From Prasinococcaceae sp. CCMP 1430 (lineage: Eukaryota > Plantae > Prasinodermophyta), in the NCBI GenBank assembly GCA_013416795.1, contig RQSC01000025.1, forward strand, positions 346,858 to 410,857: a stretch of 64,000 nt of DNA, given 5' to 3'. The position numbers were made by a program, and so were the translations under genes. Positions 19,316-30,560 of this stretch are shown here, in pieces. How positions within the stretch are numbered: the first letter of the stretch is position 1; every line of letters starts with the position of its first letter. Below the pieces are notes generated by a model, which ran no database searches, was not told the origin of the DNA, and worked only from the letters and a program-made list of their open reading frames with translations.

Positions 19316-20473
19316 ATGACGAACGGCAGCGCCGCATTGGCTCAAGCTTACGTCGCGGGGGAAGAAGAGCCGTCAGGGCTCGAAGCGCTCCTCTCGGCAG
19401 ACGGTCCTTGCCTGGGCCCGATCGCGATCGCCTGCGTCGTCTTCCTCGCCATTCACGTGTGGGCGCAGAGGGCATTTCCCGATTCGGACGCGTACACCAA
19501 CACGGTGCGAGCGAGCGGGTGCGCCCTTGCGCGCATCCGTGCCAATGGAGCTTGCCCCTGACACCGCGCGCGCGTGCCTTCGCGCAACGCGCACGTTCGC
19601 AGGCGATCGGTCGCGGCGCTGCGGCGACAATCCTTTGCGTGATGGGTGCCATCGGTATGGCGGGCAACTCACACCATGCTGGCCGCGGCTTCGTGCCCGT
19701 GGAAGGCACGGAGGTCGACCAGAGATACCTCGCGCTGCCGCAGAGGAGTGCGTGGGCGCGCGCGCGCTCGCACGCGCGTGAGCAGCGCTTGCACCTGCGT
19801 GCGGAAATGTGCGCGCATCCGTTCACCTGCTCTGACACTTGCCCTCTCGCCACAGTCGCGCTAGGTCACTTCGTGGCTGATCTTTTGTGGCTGGTGTACG
19901 CGAAGCAGCGATACGCGCAGGCGCCGCGCAAGGACTTGGTCGCTCACCACCTGCTGTGTCTGTTGGGGTACACGTACATGATGGACACTCCGGGGGCGCT
20001 ACTCGCCAGCACAGCAGTACGTGTGCGCTCTTGTGGGCTCTTGTGGGCGTGTCGCGCCGCGCGCCGCGCGCGTGCACGTGCCGGCACCGACTGACATATC
20101 ACATACGCGACACAAACGGCCCCGGACTCCTATCCCTTAGATGACCGCCGAGCTGATGCCTGTGACGTCCTTTTTGGGTGCTCTTGGAAAGGCAACGGGC
20201 AACAAAATCCTTGTGCATGCGGCACCTGCCGGCCGCCTGGCGAGCCTGGTGCTCTGGCGCGTGCCCATGTGGAGCGTTATGGTGTATCACTGCATCAAGG
20301 CGCTCACGCAAGGCTCAACTGGCGAGATGCGCAGCATGCATATCATGGGCATCCTCCTGGGCGTGTCCATTGTCAGCATGGACACGCACTGGACCAAAAA
20401 GTGCATCAAGCGCGTCGCCAGTGGCAAGGGGTGCGCAGTCCCTGCGCTAGAAATCAGGGCCAAGGTCGCGTAG
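19316..20473 (+). CDS. TLC (TRAM/LAG1/CLN8) domain membrane protein, about 4 exons
   Basis: Hydrophobic exons GPIAIACVVFLAIHVW, ALGHFVADLLWLVY...KDLVAHHLLCLLGY (HH motif), and final exon MTAELMPVTSF...LVLWRVPMW...VSMDTHWTKKCIK are typical of TLC domains. They are separated by GT-AG introns with GC-run interiors. Confidence 0.75.
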
Positions 20474-20913
20474 GATGGCTGCGCGTACGAAACGCGCACG
20501 CTAGCAGATGCATTGCCGCCCCGTGGCAACAAGCCGTACATGGCGCTTCTGCACACGCACTGTCGATGGTACCTGGTACGGCGAACAGCACCTGTGCTTG
20601 TGCTCCGATGTGTGTGTGTGTGTGTGTGTGCGTGTTTGTGTGCACTTCAAGGAAACGTAACGCGCGTGGTCACAGCTCGCGAGGACCATGCGCAGGTGTG
20701 CGGAGGCAGCAGCTACGTAAATTGTTGTGTTAACGAATGCAAAATTGACCCACATCCTCTACACATGAGGGTCGGTGCCATGTGCGTGCGCGGCACGCGC
20801 GCGCCCACGCACAAGCCGCGAGTGCGAACGCGGGCGTGCATATGCGCGCTCGAAGTCATTCCCGCTCTGTCTCGCGCACAGAAATGTCAAAGGACAAAGC
20901 GTGTGGTTCCTCG

Positions 20914-22555
20914 TCACTGCCGTTGGGCTCCACTGCTGCCAACGCCGCGCGTATCGCTTGCGCTCCGACCTGCAGAGTTGTGCCCCCTCGAATTTCCGTC
21001 CGAGTCAACCTTCGTTGAACGCGTCTGCACGGCCTCAGCCGACCCGTGCAGTGTGCCTGCTTTGGTGGTCGCCATTCGCCTCTTGCCAGGGCCATCTTTG
21101 CGCTTGGCGACGAGCGCGGCAGCAGCACTGCGGCGCTGCTGCGCTGGCGTTGGCAGCGTGGCGAACTCCTTGCGAAGAAAGATGGCATTGGGGACATTGA
21201 GAATGGAGCCGCCGTCCTCGCCGTCGCAGCGAAGTGTGACAGTGCGCAGGTTCACGCTCTCGCATGTGGCCTCCACCCACTGGCCACCGACGCTCAGGCC
21301 GACGCGCCGCCCGGGTTGCACGACACCGCCCGCCACGAGCTGGAGGCCCGACACGACGTTAGCAGCGATGTCGCGCGTGGCGAAGGCCAACGAGCACCCC
21401 ACGGGGATGACCATCGAGGAGATGCTCACACCCAGAACCGCAAGAGACATGACGCCGCCGCCCAGCATCGCGCCCATCTCCACCACGATGGTCGCCGGGA
21501 CCACGTCAGCACGGCGCAGCAAGCCGCGGCGCGTGGCACGCGCCAGCAGATCCGACGCGCCGCGGCACACCAGGTAGGACGCCCAGAGGATCACGCTCAC
21601 AGACGCAATCTTGGGGAGCATGATTGAGACGTTCTGAGCAGCGCCCTTCGCGACTGCGAGCGCAACAGCGCGCGCCGCGTCGTGTGGCGTCCACCCACAT
21701 TGTTCCGTGTGGAAGCGCGTCAGCGTCGCAGAAAGCGGGCATTGGGAATCGCCAATCCATGCACGCGCGGCAGGCGTGCCCTTCAGGCGCGGTCGCGAGC
21801 GCGCGCCTGAGGCGTCAGCTAGCTGGCGGCCACGCACCGAAGCCGAGGGAGATGAGCAGTGGCGCGAGCAGCGACAGGCTTGTCTGCGCGACCACCCACT
21901 GGCCGAGCGCCGCAGTTTGTGTCATCAGCATGGGCAGTACGACCGGCATGTTGACGATGGCAGCCGAGACAGCCGTGAACTGGCGCGCGGTCGAAAACAT
22001 GGGGTTCCTGAACGCCGCCACCACAAGTGCGCCCACGCGGCCGAAGACGCCGAGCGCGCGCCCCTTCTCCTCTGTGCTGCCCGCCCCCGCGCCCCTGCTG
22101 CCGTCGTCACCCCCGCCCTTCTCCCCATCGCTCCCATCTTGGGCCAGGCCGCCTCCAGCGGCCGAGTCCTCGCGCTCAGTCTCACTGTCGACAGGTCCTC
22201 TCGCCCCCTCGCCCTCCTCGCCCCCAGCCGTGAGTGCATCCACCTTTGCGATCGCCGCCTCGGCCTCGTGTGCGGCCTCGTGCGCGCCGGCGTCCTCGCC
22301 GCCCGCCCGTTCGTGCTTGCTCTCGTCCACCACGCGGCCCTCGGCCTCGGTGCCGCAGTCGCCTGTACGTGCCTCGTCGGCGCCCCTCTCAGCATCGTTC
22401 TGGCGGTAGCACCGGAGTACCCCCGCGGCCGCGCTGCCGGGCATGGGAGTGTGGCGGCACGGCTGCCGCGACAGCCGCCGTGGCAGTGCCCCGCGCGCCG
22501 TCCAAGGAGCGCGCACGTGAGCGCGGCCCTGCAGCGTCGCGCCCGTCGCGCTCAT
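20914..22555 (-). CDS. MscS-like mechanosensitive ion channel, probably organellar; exons 22555-21838 and 21653-20914
   Basis: C-terminal exon carries the MscS core LAFATRDIAANVVSGLQL...VVQPGRRV...ESVNLRTVTL...LNVPNAIF. The phase-1 intron 21837-21654 restores the frame. The N-terminus is R/A-rich like a transit peptide. Confidence 0.8.
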
Positions 22556-24441
22556 GGTCGCTGTCGCGCGCTCTGCCTCGCACGCAAGCCGCGGCTGGCC
22601 GGCGGACGGGCGGGCGAGTATGCAGGTGTGTGCGTCTCCGGGTGGCGAGGCGCTTGCCTCGCGCACCTGCCCCGCGCGCGCTGTGTGGCACCCCGGCTCG
22701 CCTGCGCGCACGGGTGGTAGCTGCCGCCGCAGGTCCTTTCGGCCGTGGCGTTGCAGGAGCAGCGCCTGCCGCGCCCCCGCCCCCTGCGCGAGGGCTTGCC
22801 GTGGGGTGCAGGCGTGCGGCGGTGGATAAGCGCCGGGCGACACACCCTCGAGAACATGTCGCCCGACCCGCGCTGCGACGCGCACTTCGCGGAGTTTTGC
22901 CGCAGCCGAATCCCTTCCGCAAAGTCGGCCCGCCGGCCTGCGGAAACGCACCCGAGACACCGCCCGTTCCCGCGGAGCGCCGCCGGACGAAATCCCGCCA
23001 GACTTCGGGTGCTTGGAGCTTGGGGTTGCCTTGGCAAAGCGAAGGTTCGAACGAACGAATGGGACCCTGGGCGCGCGCTGTTTAGGGTAATGTAAGAGGG
23101 TTTATAGCCTGTTTTTGAACCTGGTGCTGGGGAAGGGGGGGGAAGAGAGGGGGGGGGAAGGAGTGGAGTGGCGGGGTGGTCACTTCGAGGACTAGAGGCA
23201 GGGCCTCGCGCGGCGGCGCGCGGTGCGCGCCGCCGCTGGGCGACTGGGGGATGGCGAGCGCGGGCGCGGACCCCGCGATTTGAGGATGTCCACACACGGC
23301 GTGAGGCGAGGCAGCAGCGGCTGGTGCGGCGCCCCGCGGCGCCCCGCGGCGCGCGCGCGCGCGCGAATCTCGCGGTGGGGACAGCTGCACACAAAAAACA
23401 GCCAATTCAACGCAAAATCAAAAATGGCGTGCGACACTCCTCGCACGACCGAACCGAGTCGACCGACTCGCCGAACAATTGGAAGAGAGGATGGCAGGAG
23501 GCACAGCGCGAGGGATTTGCAATGCACTCGCAGGCTGGCCGGAATTAAGAAGCTTCGTACAGTACTTTGCGTGTTGGTTCGTGGCTGGTTGGGTGGTGTC
23601 AAACTACTTGCAAATTCGGAATCTCATTTGAATCAACCAATGGAACCTTCGTACCCCTGATGTAAAAAAGCCATCCAGCCAGACACTCGGTCAGTCGGCC
23701 AGCAGAAGAAGCCGGAACGGACGGCGCGCGGCGCGAGCGCGCGCGGCGGCAAGGCAAAATATCCGGCCGCGGAGGTGGGGGAACGCACCCGGCCGGCCTT
23801 AGGGCGGCGCAGCAGGGCGGGGTGCTACCAAGGTAGACGCCACCGCCGCGTGGCCCGCAAAACAAACCAACCAGTCGTCCGCCGATTGACAATGGAGAGT
23901 TCCGCGGAAATTTGCCGGAAACACAAGGTTGGCACAGGGTGCCAGCGGCTGGTTCTAATCCTGCCTCTGAGGTAGCAACCAACCAACACTTGGGTTGGTT
24001 GTGGACTTGGCTCGGGTGAAGACAGCGGGGTCTGTCATCAGGAACCGGTTTTGGCAGTGTGCCGTGCACGCGCCGTGTCCTCCCGTGACGTGGCGCGCGC
24101 ACGCACGCTCCTCCCGCTACTACCTACTGCACCCCCCCGCCCGGCCGGAGGACCGGCAAAGCTCCTGTCAAGCACAGACGGGGTCCATCGACTCCCTTGC
24201 TTCGCGAGCCGCGGATCCCCGCCGGGGTTCCTGCATTTATTCGAGGTTTGGCAGCATTCGTTGTGGATAGACCGGCCTGGGTCACGCAGGTGGTTCCTGG
24301 CGGCGCCGCCGCCGATGGCTGCCGCCGCAGCGCGGGGTCGCGGCAGCGCCGCGCCAACGGCAGCGGCGGCCCGCAGGGGGGTCACAGCGCATGCAGCGCG
24401 GGCGGCCGGCCACCCACCGCGCACAAGGGGCTTACGCACTC

Positions 24442-25219
24442 ATGCTCGCGTGCGCCACACTCTGCGCAGCCCGCGCCGCAGCCGCACCCATCAGGCCCAC
24501 ACCGTTCGCTCGCGCCACCCGCTCCACCAAGACGGCAACCCCTTCGTGCTCCCTCCGCATGGGCACCACCGCGAGCGCCCCTGATGGTCTCAGCGATGGC
24601 TGCAAAGGCGCGCCCGTGATGCCTGGACAGAAGGTGCGCCTACACTGCGCTCCCCCCCTGCTGCTCGTCTCTGTCTTGAAGCTCTCTGACCCCCACGACC
24701 ACGCTCCCTTGCACGCAACCAACCCCACGCCCAAACATCCAGCTGCCGCTGGTCGGAGACGAGAGCATTATGAGCAAGAAGGCGCACGGTACCACCGACC
24801 GGCCGGTGCAGCAGGGTCTGCGCTGGGGCTGCTCGCAGCAGACCGCAGACAAGATCGTGTCCTTCAACCGTCACTACGCGGAGCACAGCGGGTACTGGCT
24901 GACGACGAACTTCCTTGAGGAGGAACCGGCCGCGTCGGGCGAGCCTATCACCTTCCGCGACTCCGTGACGGGCGCGCCGCTCTTCCGTGCGCCCATCGGC
25001 CGCTCCTGGGACGCCTTCGTGACCGAGTCCCGCCAGCACGGTTGGCCGTCTTTCCGAGACGAAGAAGTCGTGTGGGATAATGTGCGCGTGCTGCGCGACG
25101 GCGAGGCCGTGTCCGTGACAGGCTCACACCTCGGCCACAACCTGCCTGACCGCACCGGGAACCGCTACTGCATCAACTTGGTGAGCGTCGCGGGCAACGA
25201 GCCCGTTGCCGAGGAATAG
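24442..25219 (+). CDS. Methionine sulfoxide reductase B-like (SelR fold) protein; exons 24442-24633 and 24743-25219
   Basis: FRDSVTGAPLF, HGWPSFRDEEV, HLGHNLPD and NRYCINL align with MsrB motifs (GWPSF, HLGH, RYCIN). A phase-0 GT-AG intron joins a transit-peptide-like first exon. Confidence 0.85.
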
Positions 25220-25545
25220 AATAGCGCGGCCCAGCTTGGGACGCAGGGGGCGCCCCACTCGCGGGTGTAATGAGAGTGGTGTTATCATGCATTGCCTGCA
25301 CATCTTCGCCGACCGATCGTTATCATCGCCCGCGCGCGCGGCGCGCGCGCTTGGGGGGTGGATGCTTCGAGGCGCGCGCGCACGCCTCGCGCGTGTACCG
25401 CCCCCAAACTTCCCAAAAAATCGCAGCCACATCTTTACAACCCGGCACGTGTGCGTGAGCTTGAAACGGGGCCCGACGCTGGCCTGCCCCACTCAGACGT
25501 TGACCCACCCCCACTCCAAGTGCGTCGCTGCCGCGGCACCCGGTC

Positions 25546-27272
25546 TCATGCCCGCGGGGTGGGTTTAGTGGGCACCGCGGGCGCCCACGGGGCGGTGCTA
25601 CCCCCTGCGCTGCCTTGGCCGTTGCCGCTGCTGTCGTCACCCGCGATGTTGTCGTCGTCGTCGGGTCGCCGGGTCGGCAGCGTGTTGCCGAGCTGGTCTA
25701 TGCGATCGTTCCAGTTGAGGCAGCGCGTGAGGCTGGCGACCCAGTCGTCGGTCTGATCCTTCTTGTTGATGGTAGGCAGCGGGTGCGCAGACATGCGTAT
25801 GGTGACCGAGTCGCCGCGCTGCAGCTGCTGCCGCTTCTTGCCATCAAAGCACACCCACGCCGTGTCCCGCGCGTCGTCCGGCACGCGCAGCTCGAGCTCG
25901 GCGGAGTCGGGCAGCACCACTGGGCGGAAGCTCAGCGAGTGGGGGCAGATGGGCGTGAAGAGGATGGCGGGCACAGAGGGATGCACCATGGAGCCACCGG
26001 CGCTCACGCTGTACGCCGTGCTGCCCGTCGGCGTCGACACAATGACGCCGTCCGCCTGCACCTTGGTGATGAGCCTGCCGCGCTCATAGCACTCAATCTT
26101 GGACAGGTAAGGGTTGGAGCCTCGGTCCACAACGACCTCCTGCTTGCCCGTGGCCACGCGTGTTGGCGCGCGCAGGCGTGCGCGGGGGCATGGGAGGGCA
26201 GCGGGCGAGCGCCGAACGCACGCGGTGAGCGGGCGAACGAGCGGCAGCGGCAGCACGCGCGGCAAGGGGTACGCACGATGCGCGCACGCACATTAAGTAC
26301 GCTGTATGTCTTGCCCGGGAGGCGCTTGCCCTTCCGCAGTATCTCGCAGTGCAGGCGCATCCGAAGGGTGATATACACGGGCTCGTTGTGCTGCGCCGCG
26401 CTGATGAGGCGAGTGAGGTGCCAGGTGTGATCGGCGAAGCTGTGGTTGGCGAGGAAGCCGAGCGAACCGAGATTGAACGAGACGATCGGTGGCGCCGCAC
26501 CCGTGAAGAGGCCGCTGGCATGCAGGATGACTCCGTCGCCCCCTAGGCACAGCACGAAGTCCACGCGGCGGTGCAACGATGCTGCCTCCACCTGTGGGGC
26601 GAAGGTCTCGAGGAAGGGCAACGAGTTGTGCAGCGCTTTGAAGTCCGCCCACTCCACTATTACGCGCATGCCGTGCTCCGAGTGCAGCCACAGCGCCATT
26701 TCGTATAGCTCAGGCAGCAGCTGCGGTCCCAACTTCTTCAGGATGAGCACGCTGCAAGGCTTCGTCTTCCAGTAGAAGAGGTTCTGCTGTGTGGTTGGCG
26801 AGCTGAACTCGATGCTGTTGCCGCACACGCGCTCGTTGCCCACGAAGCCGTCCGTGCGGATGACGCACACCTCGGCCCGGCCGTCCTCACCCTCAGCTTC
26901 GTTCACGTCAGGTGGCCCGGGGGCGGTCTGAGTCTGGCCTGCTGTGACTGCGCCGCTCGTTCCCGGTGACTGGCCACCGGTGGACGTGGGAACCTGCACG
27001 ATCTCGTACGAGCCGCACTTATCGTCGTCCAAGACCAAGCACTCCGGGTCGTCGGCGAGCTCCTCAAAGCCTTCGTTTGATGGCCAAGCCCCCTTGCTCG
27101 CGTCGTCATCCCCGCCCCCTTTCGCTGCTGCTGCGCGCACTGCCCGACTCCTCCGGGCGTTCGCGGAATACGGCCGCCTTGCCTCCGGTCCTCGCTGCCG
27201 CGAGGCCATCGCCACAGGCGCGCGACGCGCGCCCGCGCGCGCGCCTGCTTGCCCTACCACCAGCGCATCCAT
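25546..27272 (-). CDS. NADK: ATP-NAD kinase with transit-peptide-like N-terminus; exons 27272-26292 and 26139-25546
   Basis: [13 protein letters not shown] (GGDG), [10 protein letters not shown], spliced VLN|EVVVDRG (NE motif), [39 protein letters not shown]. Confidence 0.95.
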
Positions 27273-27482
27273 GGTTGGGGCCCGCGCTGGCGCTTCGCGT
27301 TGCCTCGAGGCGCTCCGCCGCGGAGCCCCGACCCGGCCCACCCCACACACAACGGTTGCCCTCCCTTCGTGCTCACAGCGCGCTCGAGCGCTGCAGCGTG
27401 CACCCCCACCTGCCCACCCCCCAGCCACCGCAGCTGCGGGGAAGGCCGCTTCTTTCCCCGCAGTGCACTCGCTTCCGCTCCC

Positions 27483-27483
<1 letters not shown>

Positions 27484-27565
<82 letters not shown>

Positions 27566-27566
27566 N
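27484..27566. repeat. 82-nt poly-C tract ending in N; probable assembly or sequencing junction
   Basis: Homopolymer read directly, terminated by N at 27566. Confidence 0.85.
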
Positions 27567-28210
27567 GCGCGTCGGCGGTGATGAGCGCGCGCACCGTCCA
27601 AGTCGCGGCCCCAGCCGCGCACCCGCGCGGCCGGACGGCCGGCCGCGGCGCGCGCGCCGACCGAGCCGCGAGACGGAACCCAGCCAGACCAGCCAGGCCC
27701 CCGGGCCAGCTGACTCCAGCCACCCCCAGGCAGCCTCCAGCCAGCCAGCCAGCTGGTCTGCTGACTGAGAGAGGCCGCGCCCGGCCGGCAGCCAGCCGGC
27801 CTCTGCGAGCGCCTCGGCTGAAGACGCGCACAGCCTGAAAGAGTCGCGACGAGTCAACTAGTACCATCAGATCGTACTACTACAGCATAGCTCTGCCTGT
27901 TGTTGTTGTTTGTGGCGGGTGTCGTGCACCTCGCGGTCGGATGTAGAATGGGATGAAAAAGCATGAGGAGTGGAGAGCGCAGCAAGCGTCCAGTCCGCGC
28001 ACACCTACTACAGTAGGTAGCTACTGTGGATGAGGAATTGGAATTCGAGTGAGATGTGTGCACGTACGTGCGGCTGGGGAGGCAGCCGGCGCGTCCGTGG
28101 CCGGCTCGGACGCGTGCGTGCGCGGGTGGGCCGCCGGGCGTCGACGCGGGGGGGTGCGCANTGCTGCTGCCTGGGTGAGAGCGGACCGGGGGGGGAGGCT
28201 GACTGACCAG

Positions 28211-29383
28211 GGTCTGCACGCGCGCGGCGGCGGCGAGTACGTGCGGCGCCAGTGGCAGCGCGCGCGCGGCAGGGCTGGTGGGGTGGGGGGCACGCCTTCG
28301 CGCGCAGCGCGCGGCGCGGATGGCGGTCTCCATGGGGCATCGAAATCGGCGAGGCCCAGGGGGGGGGTATCCCAGGCGGCAGGCGGGAGCGCAGCTGGCG
28401 CGGGTGGCCCGGCACCACAGGCACTCCGCGGAGGCACTGAGGCCCAGTGGGCGCTCGCGGACAAGCTCGCCGCGCCGGTCGGCTTCGCGGCGGGCGTGTT
28501 TGGCAGCGTGGTGGGCGTCGGGGGTGGTACAATCATCGTGCCTGCGCTCACATCTTGCGCGGGCGTGGCACAGAAGGTAATCAGCGGCACGAGCCTGGTG
28601 GCCGTGCTCGCGACGAGCGCTGCGAGCAGCGCCGCGTATGCCACGAACGGGCTCATCGACACCAAGGTGCGTTGCGCTCCACGCGGGCGTGCAGGGCGTG
28701 GCACCATCTCCGCGCTTGTGCTTCGGACCGCAAAGATTGCTTTCGTGGGCTTTGCTCACGGCTGCACGGAGCTGACCCGGCGCGCGCCGCGTGCCTTGCC
28801 TGCGGGCGCGCCTCCTCCTGCTCCTCAACAGGCCGCTGCCATCGTGGCAGCAACGGCGCTACTCAGCGCGAGCTTCGGCGCGCGCGCAACAGCCACGCTC
28901 TCCACACAGCAGCTCAAGCGTTTCCTTGGCTTCTTCCTGGTGAGCGTCGCCCCGCTGATTCCCCTAAAGAAAGCCATCTACCAAGGTCGAAAAGACGAGG
29001 CGGTCGTTACGGGTGAGCTCGATGCGGCACGGGCATGCGTGCTCGCTGCGACGGGCGCCGTGGCGGGCTTCGCGAGCGGCCTACTGGGCATCGGCGGCGG
29101 CACAATCGTCACCCCATTGCTCGCGTTGACGACCGACCTGCCACAGGCTGGCGCCGTCGCGACCTCACTCGCAGCGATGTTCCTGCCGAGCTGCGTGGCC
29201 CTTGCGACACACGCTTCCTTGGGCAACGTGCGCTGGCGCATGGGCGCTTTCCTGGCGATGGGCACAGCGCTCGGCGCGGGGGTCGGCAGCCGGGCAGCAT
29301 TGAGCGCCCCGGACGGGGCGCTCGAGGGTGTGTTCGCCCTGGGCATGGCCTTTCTAGGCGCGCGCACGCTCAAGTGGGTGTGA
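28211..29383 (+). CDS. TauE/SafE (TSUP, sulfite exporter) family membrane transporter; intron 28667-28831; 5' end unresolved
   Basis: Two repeats of the family motif (AGVFGSVVGVGGGTIIVP...SGTSL and AGFASGLLGIGGGTIVTP...AVATSL) and a hydrophobic profile. The true start is unclear near the N at 28161. Confidence 0.85.
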   Translation, partial: GLHARGGGEYVRRQWQRARGRAGGVGGTPSRAARGADGGLHGASKSARPRGGVSQAAGGSAAGAGGPAPQALRGGTEAQWALADKLAAPVGFAAGVFGSVVGVGGGTIIVPALTSCAGVAQKVISGTSLVAVLATSAASSAAYATNGLIDTKVRCAPRGRAGRGTISALVLRTAKIAFVGFAHGCTELTRRAPRALPAGAPPPAPQQAAAIVAATALLSASFGARATATLSTQQLKRFLGFFLVSVAPLIPLKKAIYQGRKDEAVVTGELDAARACVLAATGAVAGFASGLLGIGGGTIVTPLLALTTDLPQAGAVATSLAAMFLPSCVALATHASLGNVRWRMGAFLAMGTALGAGVGSRAALSAPDGALEGVFALGMAFLGARTLKWV

Positions 29384-30560
29384 GGGGGCGCGCCCCCGTC
29401 ACCGCGCGGCCGCCGATCACTTGTGCTGATGGTATGCCTCACTCAAACACATGGACGGCCGGCCCCCATAATTATTCGGCCTTGTCGTCGATTTTCCTGC
29501 CAGAGCCGAACCCGCCGCCGCACCGCGCCTGCGACTGCACCCCCCCCACATACAGACCCCCCCCCCCAAAAATTGGTATCGTGGTTTTCCTACTCAAGTT
29601 CGTACTGTACAGTGTACTGTTCGACGCAGCTTGATTGATGGGCATGTTCCTCGTCGTGCGGGCCATGTGGTCAGCATTGCGCGCCCGCGCCCTCCGCCGC
29701 TGCCCCTCTCCCCCCCCCCCCCTCTCCTCTGCCCTCCCGCCTGGCTGGCGGTGCCCCCCCGGCGCGCCGTTGGTCAGCCCGCGTCGATTCCTGGCCCACC
29801 GCGGGCGAAGCGCCTTTTCCCGCCGCGGACCCCGCACGATCGTCGGCCGGCCGGCCGGCGATTTCCCCCTTGGCTGGCTTGGGTCCTGTCCGCCCCTGGA
29901 CTGATTGGATTTCCGTTTCCATTCGTCTGCTCGTGCGTCTGTCGGTCGGTCTCGGTCTCGGTTTCGTTCTGGATCTCGATCTCGATCTGTGGCTGTGTGT
30001 GTGTCTGTGGCTGCGACGCGGCGCGCGGCGCGCGCTCGGCCGGAGCGAGCGGCTGCCGCGGCGGCGATCGGTCGGTNCGCGAGGATGGCGATGTAGTCGA
30101 ATGAGCGCGCGCGCACAGGCACGCGCGCAGGCGCGCTCGTCGCACAGGCACACGCACGCACGCTTGCACGCATGGTCGCACACACACCTCCCTCACCCCC
30201 CAGTCGAGCACGAATGCGACGGCGCCCGAGAACTCAGCGCGAGAGAGCTGCCGCCGCGCAGGGGTGCCGGGCGCGCCGCTTGCGCTTGCGGGGAGGCCAA
30301 GGCGGCGGGTCCACGCAAGTGGCGTTGCGCGGCGGTGCGTGCCCGTGCGCCCGCGCCGCCCTGCGAACCGCGCTGCGCACCGTCGCTCTGAGAAACCCTA
30401 GCGGGCGTACTGAATTCGCGCCGGGGAGGTTGCGAGGCGTGCGCAACCGTCGCGGGTGCAGCCGGCGGTGGTGCGCCAGCCGCGGAAGAGGCCTATCATC
30501 TTGACGAGGATCCGACTGACCCTAGCCCCTACGCGCAGGTCTCACGCGGCGCGTGCAGTC

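Noticed and set aside
26004-27857. 617-aa ORF with poly-Gly N-terminus as full-length NADK
   Set aside because: The extension reads through the poly-C/N junction; the Met at 27272 gives a normal transit-peptide-like start.
30456-30560. Upstream GTG start extending METH to 2137 aa
   Set aside because: Eukaryotic gene; the first ATG is at 30561 in a plausible context.
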